A stretch of 64,000 nucleotides of DNA from an uncultured Acidobacteriota bacterium (lineage in GTDB: Bacteria > Acidobacteriota > Vicinamibacteria > Vicinamibacterales > UBA2999). This document shows, piece by piece, positions 43,701 through 53,020 of the stretch; the stretch's first letter is position 1; each line of letters opens with the position of its first letter. The DNA lies in NCBI GenBank assembly GCA_963750995.1, contig CAVVST010000003.1:217018-281017 (forward strand). Direction: 5' to 3'. A program made the translations under genes and the position numbers. A model generated the notes under the pieces. The model saw nothing but the letters and a program-made list of their open reading frames with translations, was not told the DNA's origin and searched no databases.

Positions 43701-44558
43701 ATGTCGAGGTTAATTCGAACCGTAGGTGTGTGGGGTCTCCTGGGTCTCGGTCTGGCCGGTTTGCCCGCCCATGCGGAGGGTCAGGGCGGTGTGTCGGCAC
43801 CCCCACCGCCGAGACAGGAGCCGCAGCGGTCGATCGAAATCGACGAGGTGCCGGTGTTCTTCCGGGAGGACTGGCGGTACGATCCCAGCGGGCCTAACGT
43901 CAATAGTCCGAGGGAGCCGGAGCATCCAGTCTCGCAAGGGGACGTCTTGAACCCGAACCTGGAAGTGCGCGTGTACGGCGACGCGGTTGGCACCCGGACT
44001 GTCCTGCAGCCGGAGAACCGGGACACGAAGCCCGGCGGTGGCGAGGGACTGGTCTATGTGATGTCGCTGCTGTGCGGAACCAACCTCGATCGCGACGACC
44101 AGTCCGGAAAGGTGGTTCTCGGTCCCTCGACGCATGCGAACTGCTTGATCACGCTCAGGCACAGGAACAACGACGTGGATCTGTCTGGAGTGGCCACCAT
44201 CAAGTGGCGCACGAGGGTGAGCGGGTTTCACTGCCTTCGTCCCGTCCTGAAGCTCGCCAGCGGACAATGGCTCGTTGGCGACAAGTGTACCCAGGGCCCC
44301 CAGACGAGCTGGGCGGAGCAGGAGATTCAATTAGTTGACGTGCGATGGCGGAATCTGAACATCAACGAGGTCGTCGAGGCCCGCGACGGGTACTGGGTGG
44401 ATTTCCCGGACCTCAGCCGGGTGGAAGAAATCGGGTTTACTGATCTGATGAGGGGCGCCGGTCACGGATCCGGCGGCGGCTCCCGCATCGACTGGATCGA
44501 GGTCCACGGCAAGCCGGTTCCACGCGGGGCCTCGCGCGGCACGGGCGCCACCCGGTAG
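43701..44558 (+). CDS. secreted hypothetical protein
   Basis: GAAGGAG Shine-Dalgarno sequence. Signal MSRLIRTVGVWGLLGLGLAGLPAHAEG. No family recognised. Confidence 0.6.
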   Translation: MSRLIRTVGVWGLLGLGLAGLPAHAEGQGGVSAPPPPRQEPQRSIEIDEVPVFFREDWRYDPSGPNVNSPREPEHPVSQGDVLNPNLEVRVYGDAVGTRTVLQPENRDTKPGGGEGLVYVMSLLCGTNLDRDDQSGKVVLGPSTHANCLITLRHRNNDVDLSGVATIKWRTRVSGFHCLRPVLKLASGQWLVGDKCTQGPQTSWAEQEIQLVDVRWRNLNINEVVEARDGYWVDFPDLSRVEEIGFTDLMRGAGHGSGGGSRIDWIEVHGKPVPRGASRGTGATR

Positions 44559-44615
44559 AATCCGGGGGGTTGAATCTTCACAAGGAGTTACCCGGAATGG
44601 TCGGATCGCGTCCAG

Positions 44616-45473
44616 ATGTTGATGGTCGGCCTGTTGGGTGCGGTGTTGGTCGTTCCCGTTCACGCCTTCGCGCAGAGCAGCTCGACGACGACCTGGCCCG
44701 ATCCGGTTCCCGATCGGCGGCCAGTCGCCGAGAAGGACAAGAAGCCGGCGCCGCGGCGCACCATTGCCGGAATGTGGGGCTCGAGGCTGGGCAACCAGGC
44801 AAAAGGCGTGCAGTTGAGGCCCAACGACGGCAGTCCGGAAAACGAACTGCCGTACACGCCCCTCGGCCTGGAACTGTACAAATCCCATAAGGCCCTCGAA
44901 GGGGCCAACGCCGTTCCCCCGGCCCAGACCAACGATCCCAGGGTTGCCTGCGAGCCGTTGGGGTTTCCCCGCTATAACCACTACGACCTCGGGGTTCAGA
45001 TCTTCCAGGACGAGTTCAAGGTGGCGATTCTGTACCACTACGACTACCGGTGGCGCATCATCTGGACCGACGGCCGGTCATTCCCGAAGCTGGTGGACGG
45101 CGGCGTGGAAATAGACGGCCAGTATCGAGAGCAGCGGTTCTTCGGATATTCGGTCGGCAGATGGATAGACGATTACACGCTCGAGGTTCAAACGGTCGGG
45201 ACGTTGCCCGAAGACCGGGTATGGCTCGACAACACCGGCCGGCCGATCAGCGACCAGGCGCGCATCACCGAAACGTTCCGGCGGTTGGACAACGACACCC
45301 TCGAGTGGTCGGAGACGATCGACGACCCGAAGATCTATACGCGGCCGTGGCAGACGATGAAGATACCGATGACGTTGCAGGATCCCCGCACCGACGTGCT
45401 GACGCGCTACTGTTCGCCATATGAAACCGATGCCTACAACAAGGCGTATGGCGATTCCGCGAGCGGCAAGTAG
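44616..45473 (+). CDS. secreted 'WEGDTLVVDT'-family protein, divergent copy 4
   Basis: MLMVGLLGAVLVVPVHAFAQ. The motif is degenerate (VGRWIDDYTLEVQTVG). C-terminal region LEWSETIDDPKIYTRPW fits the family. The start is uncertain: the SD-proximal ATG at 44597 is out of frame by 1. Confidence 0.6.
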   Translation: MLMVGLLGAVLVVPVHAFAQSSSTTTWPDPVPDRRPVAEKDKKPAPRRTIAGMWGSRLGNQAKGVQLRPNDGSPENELPYTPLGLELYKSHKALEGANAVPPAQTNDPRVACEPLGFPRYNHYDLGVQIFQDEFKVAILYHYDYRWRIIWTDGRSFPKLVDGGVEIDGQYREQRFFGYSVGRWIDDYTLEVQTVGTLPEDRVWLDNTGRPISDQARITETFRRLDNDTLEWSETIDDPKIYTRPWQTMKIPMTLQDPRTDVLTRYCSPYETDAYNKAYGDSASGK

Positions 45474-45506
45474 TCTCGGAGAACACAAGGGACAAGGGGA
45501 CGGACA

Positions 45507-45923
45507 ATGAGAAACAGGCTGGTCATCGTGTTCACTCTGGCTGCGGCGATCCTGGCTTCGACTCCGTTAATCGCGCACCACACCGGATCTACTCTGTTGT
45601 CCGAAACCACCGTGACGCTGAAGGGCGTGGTGAAGACATGGCTGTGGTCCAATCCGCATTGTTTGCTGACGCTCGAGGTCACCGGGGCTGACGGCCAGGT
45701 CGTGCAGTGGGTGGTGGAAGCCCAGGCGCCGAACAGCATCTATCCCGCCGGCTATCGCAATAACACCTTCAAGCCCGGGGACCAGGTGACCGTCACATTG
45801 AACCCGGTTGCGAATGGCCGTCCCTACGGTCGCATCGCGCGGGTCGTGCTCGCTGATGGGACCACACTGGGCGGTGGGGGCGATGGAGGCGGAGCCCGCG
45901 GCCGCGGCGCAGCAGCGCAGTAA
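45507..45923 (+). CDS. small secreted 'A-HH / WxNPH' protein, copy 3
   Basis: MRNRLVIVFTLAAAILASTPLIA|HHTGSTLL...WLWSNPHCLLTLEV. Gly-rich tail. Confidence 0.7.
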   Translation: MRNRLVIVFTLAAAILASTPLIAHHTGSTLLSETTVTLKGVVKTWLWSNPHCLLTLEVTGADGQVVQWVVEAQAPNSIYPAGYRNNTFKPGDQVTVTLNPVANGRPYGRIARVVLADGTTLGGGGDGGGARGRGAAAQ

Positions 45924-46122
45924 CCCGACGCGGGCATCCCGTTTCATTCCCCGACACGCCGGGCTCCTCCTGACCCGGCGCGCGCGCTCCTCTGCCGAAA
46001 AATCTACCTCGTCTGCCAGCACCGCGAGCCCTTCAGTTATCGTCTGCCGCGGTTGGACAGGAAATTGAAAGCTGCTCCCCATAACTGTCACGAGGTAACG
46101 TCCACACGGGGGAGGCGCTCCA

Positions 46123-46602
46123 ATGTCTACTGCCACTACGACTGACATGACGATCACGCGCCAGATGCTGATTGAGAAACTCAACGAGGACCTGGCGCGC
46201 GAGTACCAGGCAATCATTGCGTATGTCACCTACTCTCAGGTGCTGAAGGGCGCGGAATACATGGCAATCGCCGCGGAGCTCGAGGTCCACGCCGGCGAGG
46301 AACTGAAGCACGCGTTGACCATTGCTAAACAGATTGACTACCTCGGCGGAACGCCGGGCACCACTGCCCTGCCGGTCAAGCAGACCGACGATGCGCGCGA
46401 GATGTTGCGGGCGGACCTGGACAATGAGACCGCGACGATTCGCGCCTATCGTGAGCGTGTCGTTCAGTGTGAAGCGCTACAGGAGTACGCGATCGCCGAG
46501 GACATCCGCGAGATCCTGCGGCAGGAGCAGGAGCACCAGATCGATCTGGCGACCGCGCTTGGTGAAAACGTGCCCGACATGTCGAAGCGAAGCGCTCGCT
46601 GA
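46123..46602 (+). CDS. ferritin-like / bacterioferritin-family di-iron protein
   Basis: LNEDLAREYQAIIAYVTYS...ELEVHAGEELKHA...DLDNETATIRAYRE...EQEHQIDL carries ExxH-type four-helix-bundle ligand motifs. Confidence 0.75.
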   Translation: MSTATTTDMTITRQMLIEKLNEDLAREYQAIIAYVTYSQVLKGAEYMAIAAELEVHAGEELKHALTIAKQIDYLGGTPGTTALPVKQTDDAREMLRADLDNETATIRAYRERVVQCEALQEYAIAEDIREILRQEQEHQIDLATALGENVPDMSKRSAR

Positions 46603-46612
46603 CGCCACGACG

Positions 46613-47071
46613 CTACAACCATCGTCGAACGCGTACTTGATAGGCTGCATACTTCTGTCCGAACAACGCCGTCAGAACGCGCTCCTCCGGTGCGATTTGG
46701 AAGCGATTTATATAGAGGAAGTAGACAGGAAGAAACAGGAAGGCAAGTCCGTTCGACAAGAAGAGCGCCCAACCCAACAACATCGTGAGACCGCCCAGGT
46801 ACATGGGATTACGAGAAATCGCGTAGACACCCCAGGTGACCAGGGACGACGCGCGAGGCTTCATCGGATTGACTGTCGTCTTCGCTTTCCGGAACGTTGT
46901 GACACCGAGAATGCCGGTAGCGAATCCGGCCACGCCAAGAACGGCGGCGAGCCAGTTGTGCGCGGGTAAGTCAAAGTGAAGTAGTGGTGCAGCCCGCGAG
47001 ATCAGCCACATGGACACCGCCAGGACCAGCAAGAGTGCCGGTGGCGGGATTTTCGATTCAAGTGAAGGCAT
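46613..47071 (-). CDS. isoprenylcysteine carboxyl methyltransferase (ICMT/PEMT)-family membrane protein
   Basis: Four to five TM spans. LVTWGVYAISRNPMYLGGLTMLLGWAL and EERVLTALFGQKYAAYQVRVRRWL are typical of the family. Confidence 0.75.
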   Translation of the reverse strand: MPSLESKIPPPALLLVLAVSMWLISRAAPLLHFDLPAHNWLAAVLGVAGFATGILGVTTFRKAKTTVNPMKPRASSLVTWGVYAISRNPMYLGGLTMLLGWALFLSNGLAFLFLPVYFLYINRFQIAPEERVLTALFGQKYAAYQVRVRRWL

Positions 47072-47124
47072 GCCGCATACTACTCGATCGGATTGAGCCG
47101 AATCGCGGCGCGGCAGCGCAGTAA

Positions 47125-48429
47125 CTACGGCAGCTGCGAGAGCTGCTCGAGGAGCTTGCCGCGCGCGCTGTCAGCCGGCACCAGCCGCTGCACGCGCTCG
47201 CCGGAGAACACCTCGCCCGTGTAGATGTAGCCACGCGAGTCGGTCGCCGCCAGCTCCAGGCCGAAGAACTGCCCGCCGTTGTCGCCCATGCTCCCGTAGC
47301 GGCCGGCGATGGCGCCGTCGGCGCGGTTGACGAACCAGATCGTGTTGTTCTTCATGTCGGCGACGTAGAGATACTTCTGCTCCTTGTCAGCCGAGAACGT
47401 GACGCCCCCGGCGACGCCACGGCTCCCGGTCTCGCCGCGCTTCGTCCCCGGCGGCGAGAAGACCAGCTCTTTCACGAACTTCCCTTCCCTCGTTGTCACG
47501 TGAATGCGATCCGCCATGCGGTCGGCGGCATACACGAACCCGTCCCGGGAGACGTTGATCGTCAGGTGCGACTGGAACTCTTTCGGCGGGGTGCTGCCCA
47601 CCCACTCGTGATCGGCGGGGTCGAGCGAGATGTCCGCCAGCTTGTGCCCGTAGGCGCCCCAGCCGCGCTTGAACGCCAGCGTGTCGAGGTCGAACACGAG
47701 CACGCGCCCGCCGAGATAGTTGTCCGCGACGTAGATCTCGTTGTGCGCCTCGTCGACGCGAATCTCCTCGATCGTGCCGACCACCATCGGCGTGGACGGC
47801 GGATACTTCGCATGGAACGCTGACATCGCCTTCGCCGCCGCGGCCGGCTCCGGCGCGCTGGCGGCCGCCGCGGCCGGCGGCAGCAGGAACCTGGTGATCG
47901 GCGCGGGACCGCCGCGCCCCGCGACGCGCGGCGCAATCGAGGCCGGCTGGTTCGGACCGCCGCCAAGGCGCTCGGGGATACGGGCGATCTCCCCCACCAG
48001 CTTGCCGGTCCGCGTGTCGTACTTCCGGACCGTATCCTGCCCCAGGTAGGCGAACCCGCGGTCGTCAACGTCCATGCCGTGGCCCTGCGGCGCGTCGAAT
48101 GAGCCGAGCACGGTTCCATCCTTGCCGAGGTGAATCATCGCCGGTGCGCGCACGCAGCAATCGGAGACGCCGAGCTCGGCCTCGAGCTCGAGGCTCGTCA
48201 GGTCGCCCGGTCGCTGATAGATCCAGACGTTGTCGTCCCTGTCGATGCCCAGTCCGATGACGCCGCCGATCTTCCATCTGTTCGGCAGCGGCTTCGGCCA
48301 GTCGGGGTCGAACTTGTAGCGCGGCGCGTTCGGGCCCTGGGCCCCCACACCGACGAGCAGCCCCGTCGCACCCAGCGCAACGGCAAGGACGACAGCATTC
48401 ACGCGCGCGCGATCAACACTCTTCTTCAT
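47125..48429 (-). CDS. secreted NHL-repeat beta-propeller protein (copy 2, intact)
   Basis: Start at the internal ATG 48429 (MKKSVDRARVNAVVLAVALGATGLLVGVGAQ). YKFDPDWPKPLPNRWKIGGVIGLGIDRDDNVWIYQRP and repeated ...YVAD/YTGEV blades. The ORF-track start at 48858 lies inside the upstream gene. Confidence 0.75.
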   Translation of the reverse strand: MKKSVDRARVNAVVLAVALGATGLLVGVGAQGPNAPRYKFDPDWPKPLPNRWKIGGVIGLGIDRDDNVWIYQRPGDLTSLELEAELGVSDCCVRAPAMIHLGKDGTVLGSFDAPQGHGMDVDDRGFAYLGQDTVRKYDTRTGKLVGEIARIPERLGGGPNQPASIAPRVAGRGGPAPITRFLLPPAAAAASAPEPAAAAKAMSAFHAKYPPSTPMVVGTIEEIRVDEAHNEIYVADNYLGGRVLVFDLDTLAFKRGWGAYGHKLADISLDPADHEWVGSTPPKEFQSHLTINVSRDGFVYAADRMADRIHVTTREGKFVKELVFSPPGTKRGETGSRGVAGGVTFSADKEQKYLYVADMKNNTIWFVNRADGAIAGRYGSMGDNGGQFFGLELAATDSRGYIYTGEVFSGERVQRLVPADSARGKLLEQLSQLP

Positions 48430-48458
48430 GCACACTCTCTGTCCCAGCGAATAGAGGA

Positions 48459-49232
48459 TTACCGTCGAATGGGAATCGGCGACGGCACGCCGAGGAAGCG
48501 TTCGCGAAAACGCAGCTCGTCGGAGATGGTGTAGATCGTCTCGATCATCGCGCCGTCCTCGACCCGCTGGTACTGTATCTCGGCCGACCACGGCTTTGTG
48601 AACGCGACCGGATCCTCGAACGTGAAGTGCATCGTCAGGGTGTTGCCGTCGCGCCGGATACGCTCGACGATGTGCAGGTCCTCGCTGTGGGGAACGCCCT
48701 GTCCCGTGATCCAGGTCGAGGGCTTGTACCCGGTTGAATCGACGACCAGCGTGTCGCCCTCCCACTTGCCGACCGCGTTGCCGTACCACGTCGGCGGGTC
48801 GTCTGGCGAGTGCTCCTTGTTGATCGCGATCTGACGCCAGTTCTGGTTGTATTCCCACAGGTGGTAGACGTAGTCGTCGGTCTGCACCAGCTTGAACTTC
48901 ATCGGATGCATCTGGATCCGCGGGTACCCATTCGGGTCGGCGTACAGGACCGCGGGGTCGGTCGTCTCGCGGAAGTCATTGGTCGAGAATGTCGGCTTCT
49001 CCAACTTCATCTTTTCGGTGGCCCATGGTGTGAGCGGGAAGCCCTCAGCCGGACGCAATGAGGCGCCGCCCGGGCCGGCGGGGTGAACCCAGGTACCAGA
49101 AATATCCGGACGCTGAGCTTCGGGCGCCGAAGCCTCGGCGGAGGCGGCCGGCGGTGCACTCTCCCCCGCACAGCCGGCCACGGCTGTTGCCAGGAGTCCC
49201 GCCGTCACGAAGAGAAGACCGTGCGCCCTCAT
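48459..49232 (-). CDS. 'GxWEGDTLVVDT'-family lipoprotein, copy 5
   Basis: MRAHGLLFVTAGLLATAVAGC (lipobox). PDISGTWV...VGKWEGDTLVVDSTGY...TFEDPVAFTKPW. The start overlaps the upstream stop (ATGA). Confidence 0.7.
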   Translation of the reverse strand: MRAHGLLFVTAGLLATAVAGCAGESAPPAASAEASAPEAQRPDISGTWVHPAGPGGASLRPAEGFPLTPWATEKMKLEKPTFSTNDFRETTDPAVLYADPNGYPRIQMHPMKFKLVQTDDYVYHLWEYNQNWRQIAINKEHSPDDPPTWYGNAVGKWEGDTLVVDSTGYKPSTWITGQGVPHSEDLHIVERIRRDGNTLTMHFTFEDPVAFTKPWSAEIQYQRVEDGAMIETIYTISDELRFRERFLGVPSPIPIRR

Positions 49233-49597
49233 GCCTGCAGTTCCTTGCCGTTCGCGAGGACCACCTTGACGAGTTTGCCGACGCGGGTCCCGCGCAGTCC
49301 GGGGTTGAACGTGACCGTCACCACGTCTCCCACCTTCAGCGACTTGCTGGTCCAGCCCCGGTTGGCAATGTTCGGTGGAGAACCGAGCTCGAGCAGCCAG
49401 CGCGCGCTCTTGTCATCAACAGATGCGATCCCGATCTCCACGTGTGGATTCGTCCACACGAATTCGGTAATCGTCACCTTCAGCGTGGTTTCCTTGTTGA
49501 CGTCGTAGAGCGATGCCGCTCCATGATGGGCACGCGTAGACATCGAGAGAAGAAGGAGGGTGACGACTCCGGCCAGTACTGACACGCGGCTGCGCAT
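49229..49597 (-). CDS. small secreted 'A-HH / WxNPH' protein, copy 4
   Basis: MRSRVSVLAGVVTLLLLSMSTRA|HHGAASLY...FVWTNPHVEIGI. Confidence 0.7.
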   Translation of the reverse strand: MRSRVSVLAGVVTLLLLSMSTRAHHGAASLYDVNKETTLKVTITEFVWTNPHVEIGIASVDDKSARWLLELGSPPNIANRGWTSKSLKVGDVVTVTFNPGLRGTRVGKLVKVVLANGKELQA

Positions 49598-49741
49598 AAG
49601 ACCCTCGTTTGCATGCCGGGTAAACGACGGAAATCGAAGCAGAGTATACAGTGGCAGGTCTGGCCCGGTGCCGGCCAGCTCGGTGGACCAACCCGATCTC
49701 AACCTTGGGGAGATTCGGTAGAATCGCGGTGGAGGTGTCGC

Positions 49742-50119
49742 GTGAACGTTGGACTCCGGACTCTCGCGGTTTTCGTAGGCGTCCTCTGGGTCTCCGCCTC
49801 GCTCTCAGCACATCACTCGTGGCCTGTCAGCTACTCGAAAATGGTGACGGTCAAGGGAACGGTCACGGCGTTGTCCTGGGAGAACCCGCATCCCATGATC
49901 TCCCTCGATGTCCGTGGTACCGACGGGAAGATCGAAAAATGGAGTGTCGGCGGCCCCGCCATCACCCGCATGGAGGCGAGCGGCTGGACCAGGACCACCC
50001 TCAAGGTAGGCGATGTGATTACGGGCATCGGCTATCAGTTTGCCGATGGCGCGAAGACCGTCCGCCTCGAGAAGGTGGTGATGGCCGACGGAAAGGAACT
50101 GCTCGTCTACGGTCGTTGA
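49742..50119 (+). CDS. small secreted 'A-HH / WxNPH' protein, copy 5
   Basis: GTG at 49742 after GGAGGTG. VNVGLRTLAVFVGVLWVSASLSA|HHSWPVSY...LSWENPHPMISLDV. Confidence 0.7.
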   Translation: MNVGLRTLAVFVGVLWVSASLSAHHSWPVSYSKMVTVKGTVTALSWENPHPMISLDVRGTDGKIEKWSVGGPAITRMEASGWTRTTLKVGDVITGIGYQFADGAKTVRLEKVVMADGKELLVYGR

Positions 50120-50332
50120 TCGTCCTCGCGACTGCCGTTCATGACCTCGAGTACGCCGGTGCCGGTTTCGCCGAGATCCTTGGTGACGGCGAGTGCCGCG
50201 ACGCGTACTTCATCGACGTGAGCGAAGCTCACAAACACGCGCATCCCACGATTCTCAGCCAGTGGAGTCGTGAGTGCGTCGCGGCGGATTCAGACGGCGC
50301 TTACCTGTGCCTAAACGCGCGAGTCAGCTGGC

Positions 50333-50710
50333 TCAGCGGCCGTAGACGCGGATCTCCCGGCCGTCGGCGAGCATCACGCGCTCGAGCCGGACGATCTTCT
50401 GCCCGTCGGCGAACTGGTAGCCGGTGCCCGTGATCACGTCGCCCAGCTTCACCGTCGTTCGGGTCCAGCCATTGGCCTCCATCCGGTTGAGGGCTGGCCC
50501 TCCGATCAGCCACTTCTCCTTTTGCCCGCCGTCGGCCTGGACCTCGACCGTGATCATCGGGTGCGGGTTCGCCCACACGAACTCCGTCACCGTGCCCTTG
50601 ACCGTCACGAGCCGCGTGCGGCTCACCGGCCACTGGTGATGGGCGGACAGCGGCACTGCCGCAGAGAGCAGCGTCAGCACAAGAAATCCTGGAATCAGTA
50701 CAGCCTTCAT
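50333..50710 (-). CDS. small secreted 'A-HH / WxNPH' protein, copy 6
   Basis: MKAVLIPGFLVLTLLSAAVPLSA|HHQWPVSR...FVWANPHPMITVEV. Closest paralogue of copy 5, and convergent with it. Confidence 0.7.
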   Translation of the reverse strand: MKAVLIPGFLVLTLLSAAVPLSAHHQWPVSRTRLVTVKGTVTEFVWANPHPMITVEVQADGGQKEKWLIGGPALNRMEANGWTRTTVKLGDVITGTGYQFADGQKIVRLERVMLADGREIRVYGR

Positions 50711-50802
50711 GGAACGCGCTCCTTTCGTCAGCGATTCTAAGACAGAACCGAGGCCGTACGCGCAATCCGCCCAAACCCAGGACAGAGGGTCCTCCTGCTC
50801 CA

Positions 50803-52035
50803 CTATTTGCGCAGTGATCTGAAGCCGGCGCGAACCTCTTCCGAGAACAGTTGCGGCTGTTCCCATGCCGCAAAGTGCCCGCCTTTCTCAACCTTGTGGT
50901 AGTGGATCAGTTTCGGATACGCCCGCTCCGCCCAGCTCCGCGGGGCTGGATAAAGTTCGTCAGGGAAGACGCTCACGGCAACCGGGATGGAGACGCCTTT
51001 GGCAGTGAAATACCCGAGTTTGCCCCAATTCTCCCAATAGAGACGGGCGCCAGAAAGCGCCGTATTCGTCAACCAGGTGACCGTGATGTTGTCGAGGATG
51101 TCGTCGCGCGTGAGGCCCTCGGCTTTTCCTTGAAAGACGCGTGAGATCAGCTCGTAGCTGCGTGCGTCGTGATCAAGGAAATACGCCGCCAGGCCGACGG
51201 GTGAATCCGCGATTCCGTACAACGTCTGCGGGCGCAGCCCCATCTGGAACCCGTAGGCGATTCCCTTTTGATAGACGAACTGCAGACGCTCGTAAGCGAG
51301 TTTCTCATCGGCTGAGAGACCCGATGGCGCCGGCGCGCCGGAAAAGGCCGCCCCGTCAATGTCGGCTGGAAAGATGCCAGGCATGTTGGTGTGAATGCCG
51401 AGCAATTCCGGGGGTGCCAGGACTCCCATCATGTCGACGACCACCGCGCCCCAATCACCGCCTTGCGCCACGAACTTCTTGTATCCGAGGCGCTTCATCA
51501 GCAGGACCCAGGCACGCGCGATGTGGGGAACATCCCACCCGGTGGTGGTCGGTTTGCCGGAGTATCCGTAGCCCGGCATCGACGGGATCACCAGGTGGAA
51601 GGCATCGGATGCATTTCCGCCGTGTGCGGTGGGATTGGTCAGCGGATCGATGATCTTCATCTGTTCGATGATCGAGCCGGGCCATCCGTGCGTAACGATC
51701 AGCGGCAGCGCATTTTCGTGTTTTGAACGGACGTGAATGAAATGAATGTCCAGTCCATCGATCTCGGTCATGAACTGGGGCAGGGCGTTCATTTTTGCCT
51801 CGATCTTGCGCCAGTCATAATCTGTCGCCCAATAGCGCGCCAGCGCCTGCATCGTCGCGAGCTGCACGCCTTGCGTTGCGTCCCGGACTGTCTCCCTTTC
51901 GGGCCACGCGGTCGTCTTGACGCGCCTGCGCAATTCGGTAAGTTCCGCTTCCGGGACGTTTACACGAAAAGGACGAAGAGCGGTCTTGGCAGCCGCCTGC
52001 TCGCGGCCTTCTTCTGTAGCAATGGCCTGTGCCAT
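50803..52035 (-). CDS. epoxide hydrolase (microsomal-EH N-terminal domain + alpha/beta hydrolase)
   Basis: LRPFRVNVPEAELTELRRRV...IDGLDIHFIHVRS...LIVTHGWPGS...VAQGGDWGA (nucleophile Asp context). Confidence 0.85.
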   Translation of the reverse strand: MAQAIATEEGREQAAAKTALRPFRVNVPEAELTELRRRVKTTAWPERETVRDATQGVQLATMQALARYWATDYDWRKIEAKMNALPQFMTEIDGLDIHFIHVRSKHENALPLIVTHGWPGSIIEQMKIIDPLTNPTAHGGNASDAFHLVIPSMPGYGYSGKPTTTGWDVPHIARAWVLLMKRLGYKKFVAQGGDWGAVVVDMMGVLAPPELLGIHTNMPGIFPADIDGAAFSGAPAPSGLSADEKLAYERLQFVYQKGIAYGFQMGLRPQTLYGIADSPVGLAAYFLDHDARSYELISRVFQGKAEGLTRDDILDNITVTWLTNTALSGARLYWENWGKLGYFTAKGVSIPVAVSVFPDELYPAPRSWAERAYPKLIHYHKVEKGGHFAAWEQPQLFSEEVRAGFRSLRK

Positions 52036-52105
52036 GGTGTCCTCCCTCTGGTTTGAAAAGGTACGAGTGTCCGCGCTCCTGTCCCGCGCGGCACTGTGAA
52101 CGGCG

Positions 52106-53020
52106 TCATACCTGCAGCTGTAGAGTGAAGCGAGGCGCCGGCATGGTAATCACGGGAGCTTTCCTGGCTCCGAAGTTGAGAAACTCGAGCGTCGCGCGCG
52201 TCTGGGCGTGCAGCGTGATCCGCGTCAAGAAGTAGTTGTCGTCGTCGCTATGGATGTCCGGTTGCGTACCTCGCCATGCGACGTCGTGGCCGCGTCCACC
52301 GGCGCCGTTGACGACGATGTGAATGCCGCGCGCAAAGTCGACCGAACTCGTCTCGGGCTTGTTCCGCGGGCGCGGACCGTAGACGCTCAGGTTGTGATCG
52401 TGTCCGGCCATGGTGAGCGCCGCGAGCGGTACTCCCTGGTCGTCGAATAGCGCCCGCCACAGACCATCGACCTCGTCGATGTCACCGTGCTTGCCGTAGC
52501 TGAGGCGGCTGTGGTGGGCGAACACGAGCTTGGCGCGACCAGGCGTTGCGAGCGCCTGCTTCAACCACTGAAGCCGGCTGGCATCACCCATAGGCCACGG
52601 CGCCTTGTGGTCCTTGCATGGACCGGTGTCGAGGAAGATCAGACGCCACCCGGCGAGGTCGATGTAGTGTTCGTAGCGGCCGCCGGCGGCCTTCGACGTG
52701 TCAATCGGCTGGGCCGAAGCCGGTGGCGGAAACTGTTTCCAGAACCCCTCATAACCCGAGGGGTACCGGCCCCCGTTGGCGCCGAGTTTCATCGTGCGCC
52801 AGCAGTGATTGCCAGGCGTGTGGCAGACCTTCGACACGTCGCTCCCCATCTCGGCGAGCATCAACTGGAACTCCTCGGGCGTGCCGTCGTTGTAGACGTC
52901 GCCACCGTAGACGATCAGGTCGGGCGCGGCGTTGGCGCGGATCCACCGCATCAGCGGTCCCTGCACTCCGTTCACGTCGCGGCCGTAGCCGTCGGCTGAG
53001 TAGAAGACGACCGCCATCAC
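52106..53020 (-). CDS. calcineurin-like metallophosphoesterase
   Basis: GGDVYNDG, PGNHC, FAHHS and AGHDHN motifs appear in the canonical order. Confidence 0.75.
   Translation of the reverse strand: MMAVVFYSADGYGRDVNGVQGPLMRWIRANAAPDLIVYGGDVYNDGTPEEFQLMLAEMGSDVSKVCHTPGNHCWRTMKLGANGGRYPSGYEGFWKQFPPPASAQPIDTSKAAGGRYEHYIDLAGWRLIFLDTGPCKDHKAPWPMGDASRLQWLKQALATPGRAKLVFAHHSRLSYGKHGDIDEVDGLWRALFDDQGVPLAALTMAGHDHNLSVYGPRPRNKPETSSVDFARGIHIVVNGAGGRGHDVAWRGTQPDIHSDDDNYFLTRITLHAQTRATLEFLNFGARKAPVITMPAPRFTLQLQV

Noticed and set aside
44570-44890. 106-aa ORF containing the SD-proximal ATG at 44597
   Set aside because: Its translation is Arg/Ala/Gly-rich junk overlapping the WEGDTL-4 frame, which has family motifs. 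It is kept only as a hint of a possible 5' frameshift.
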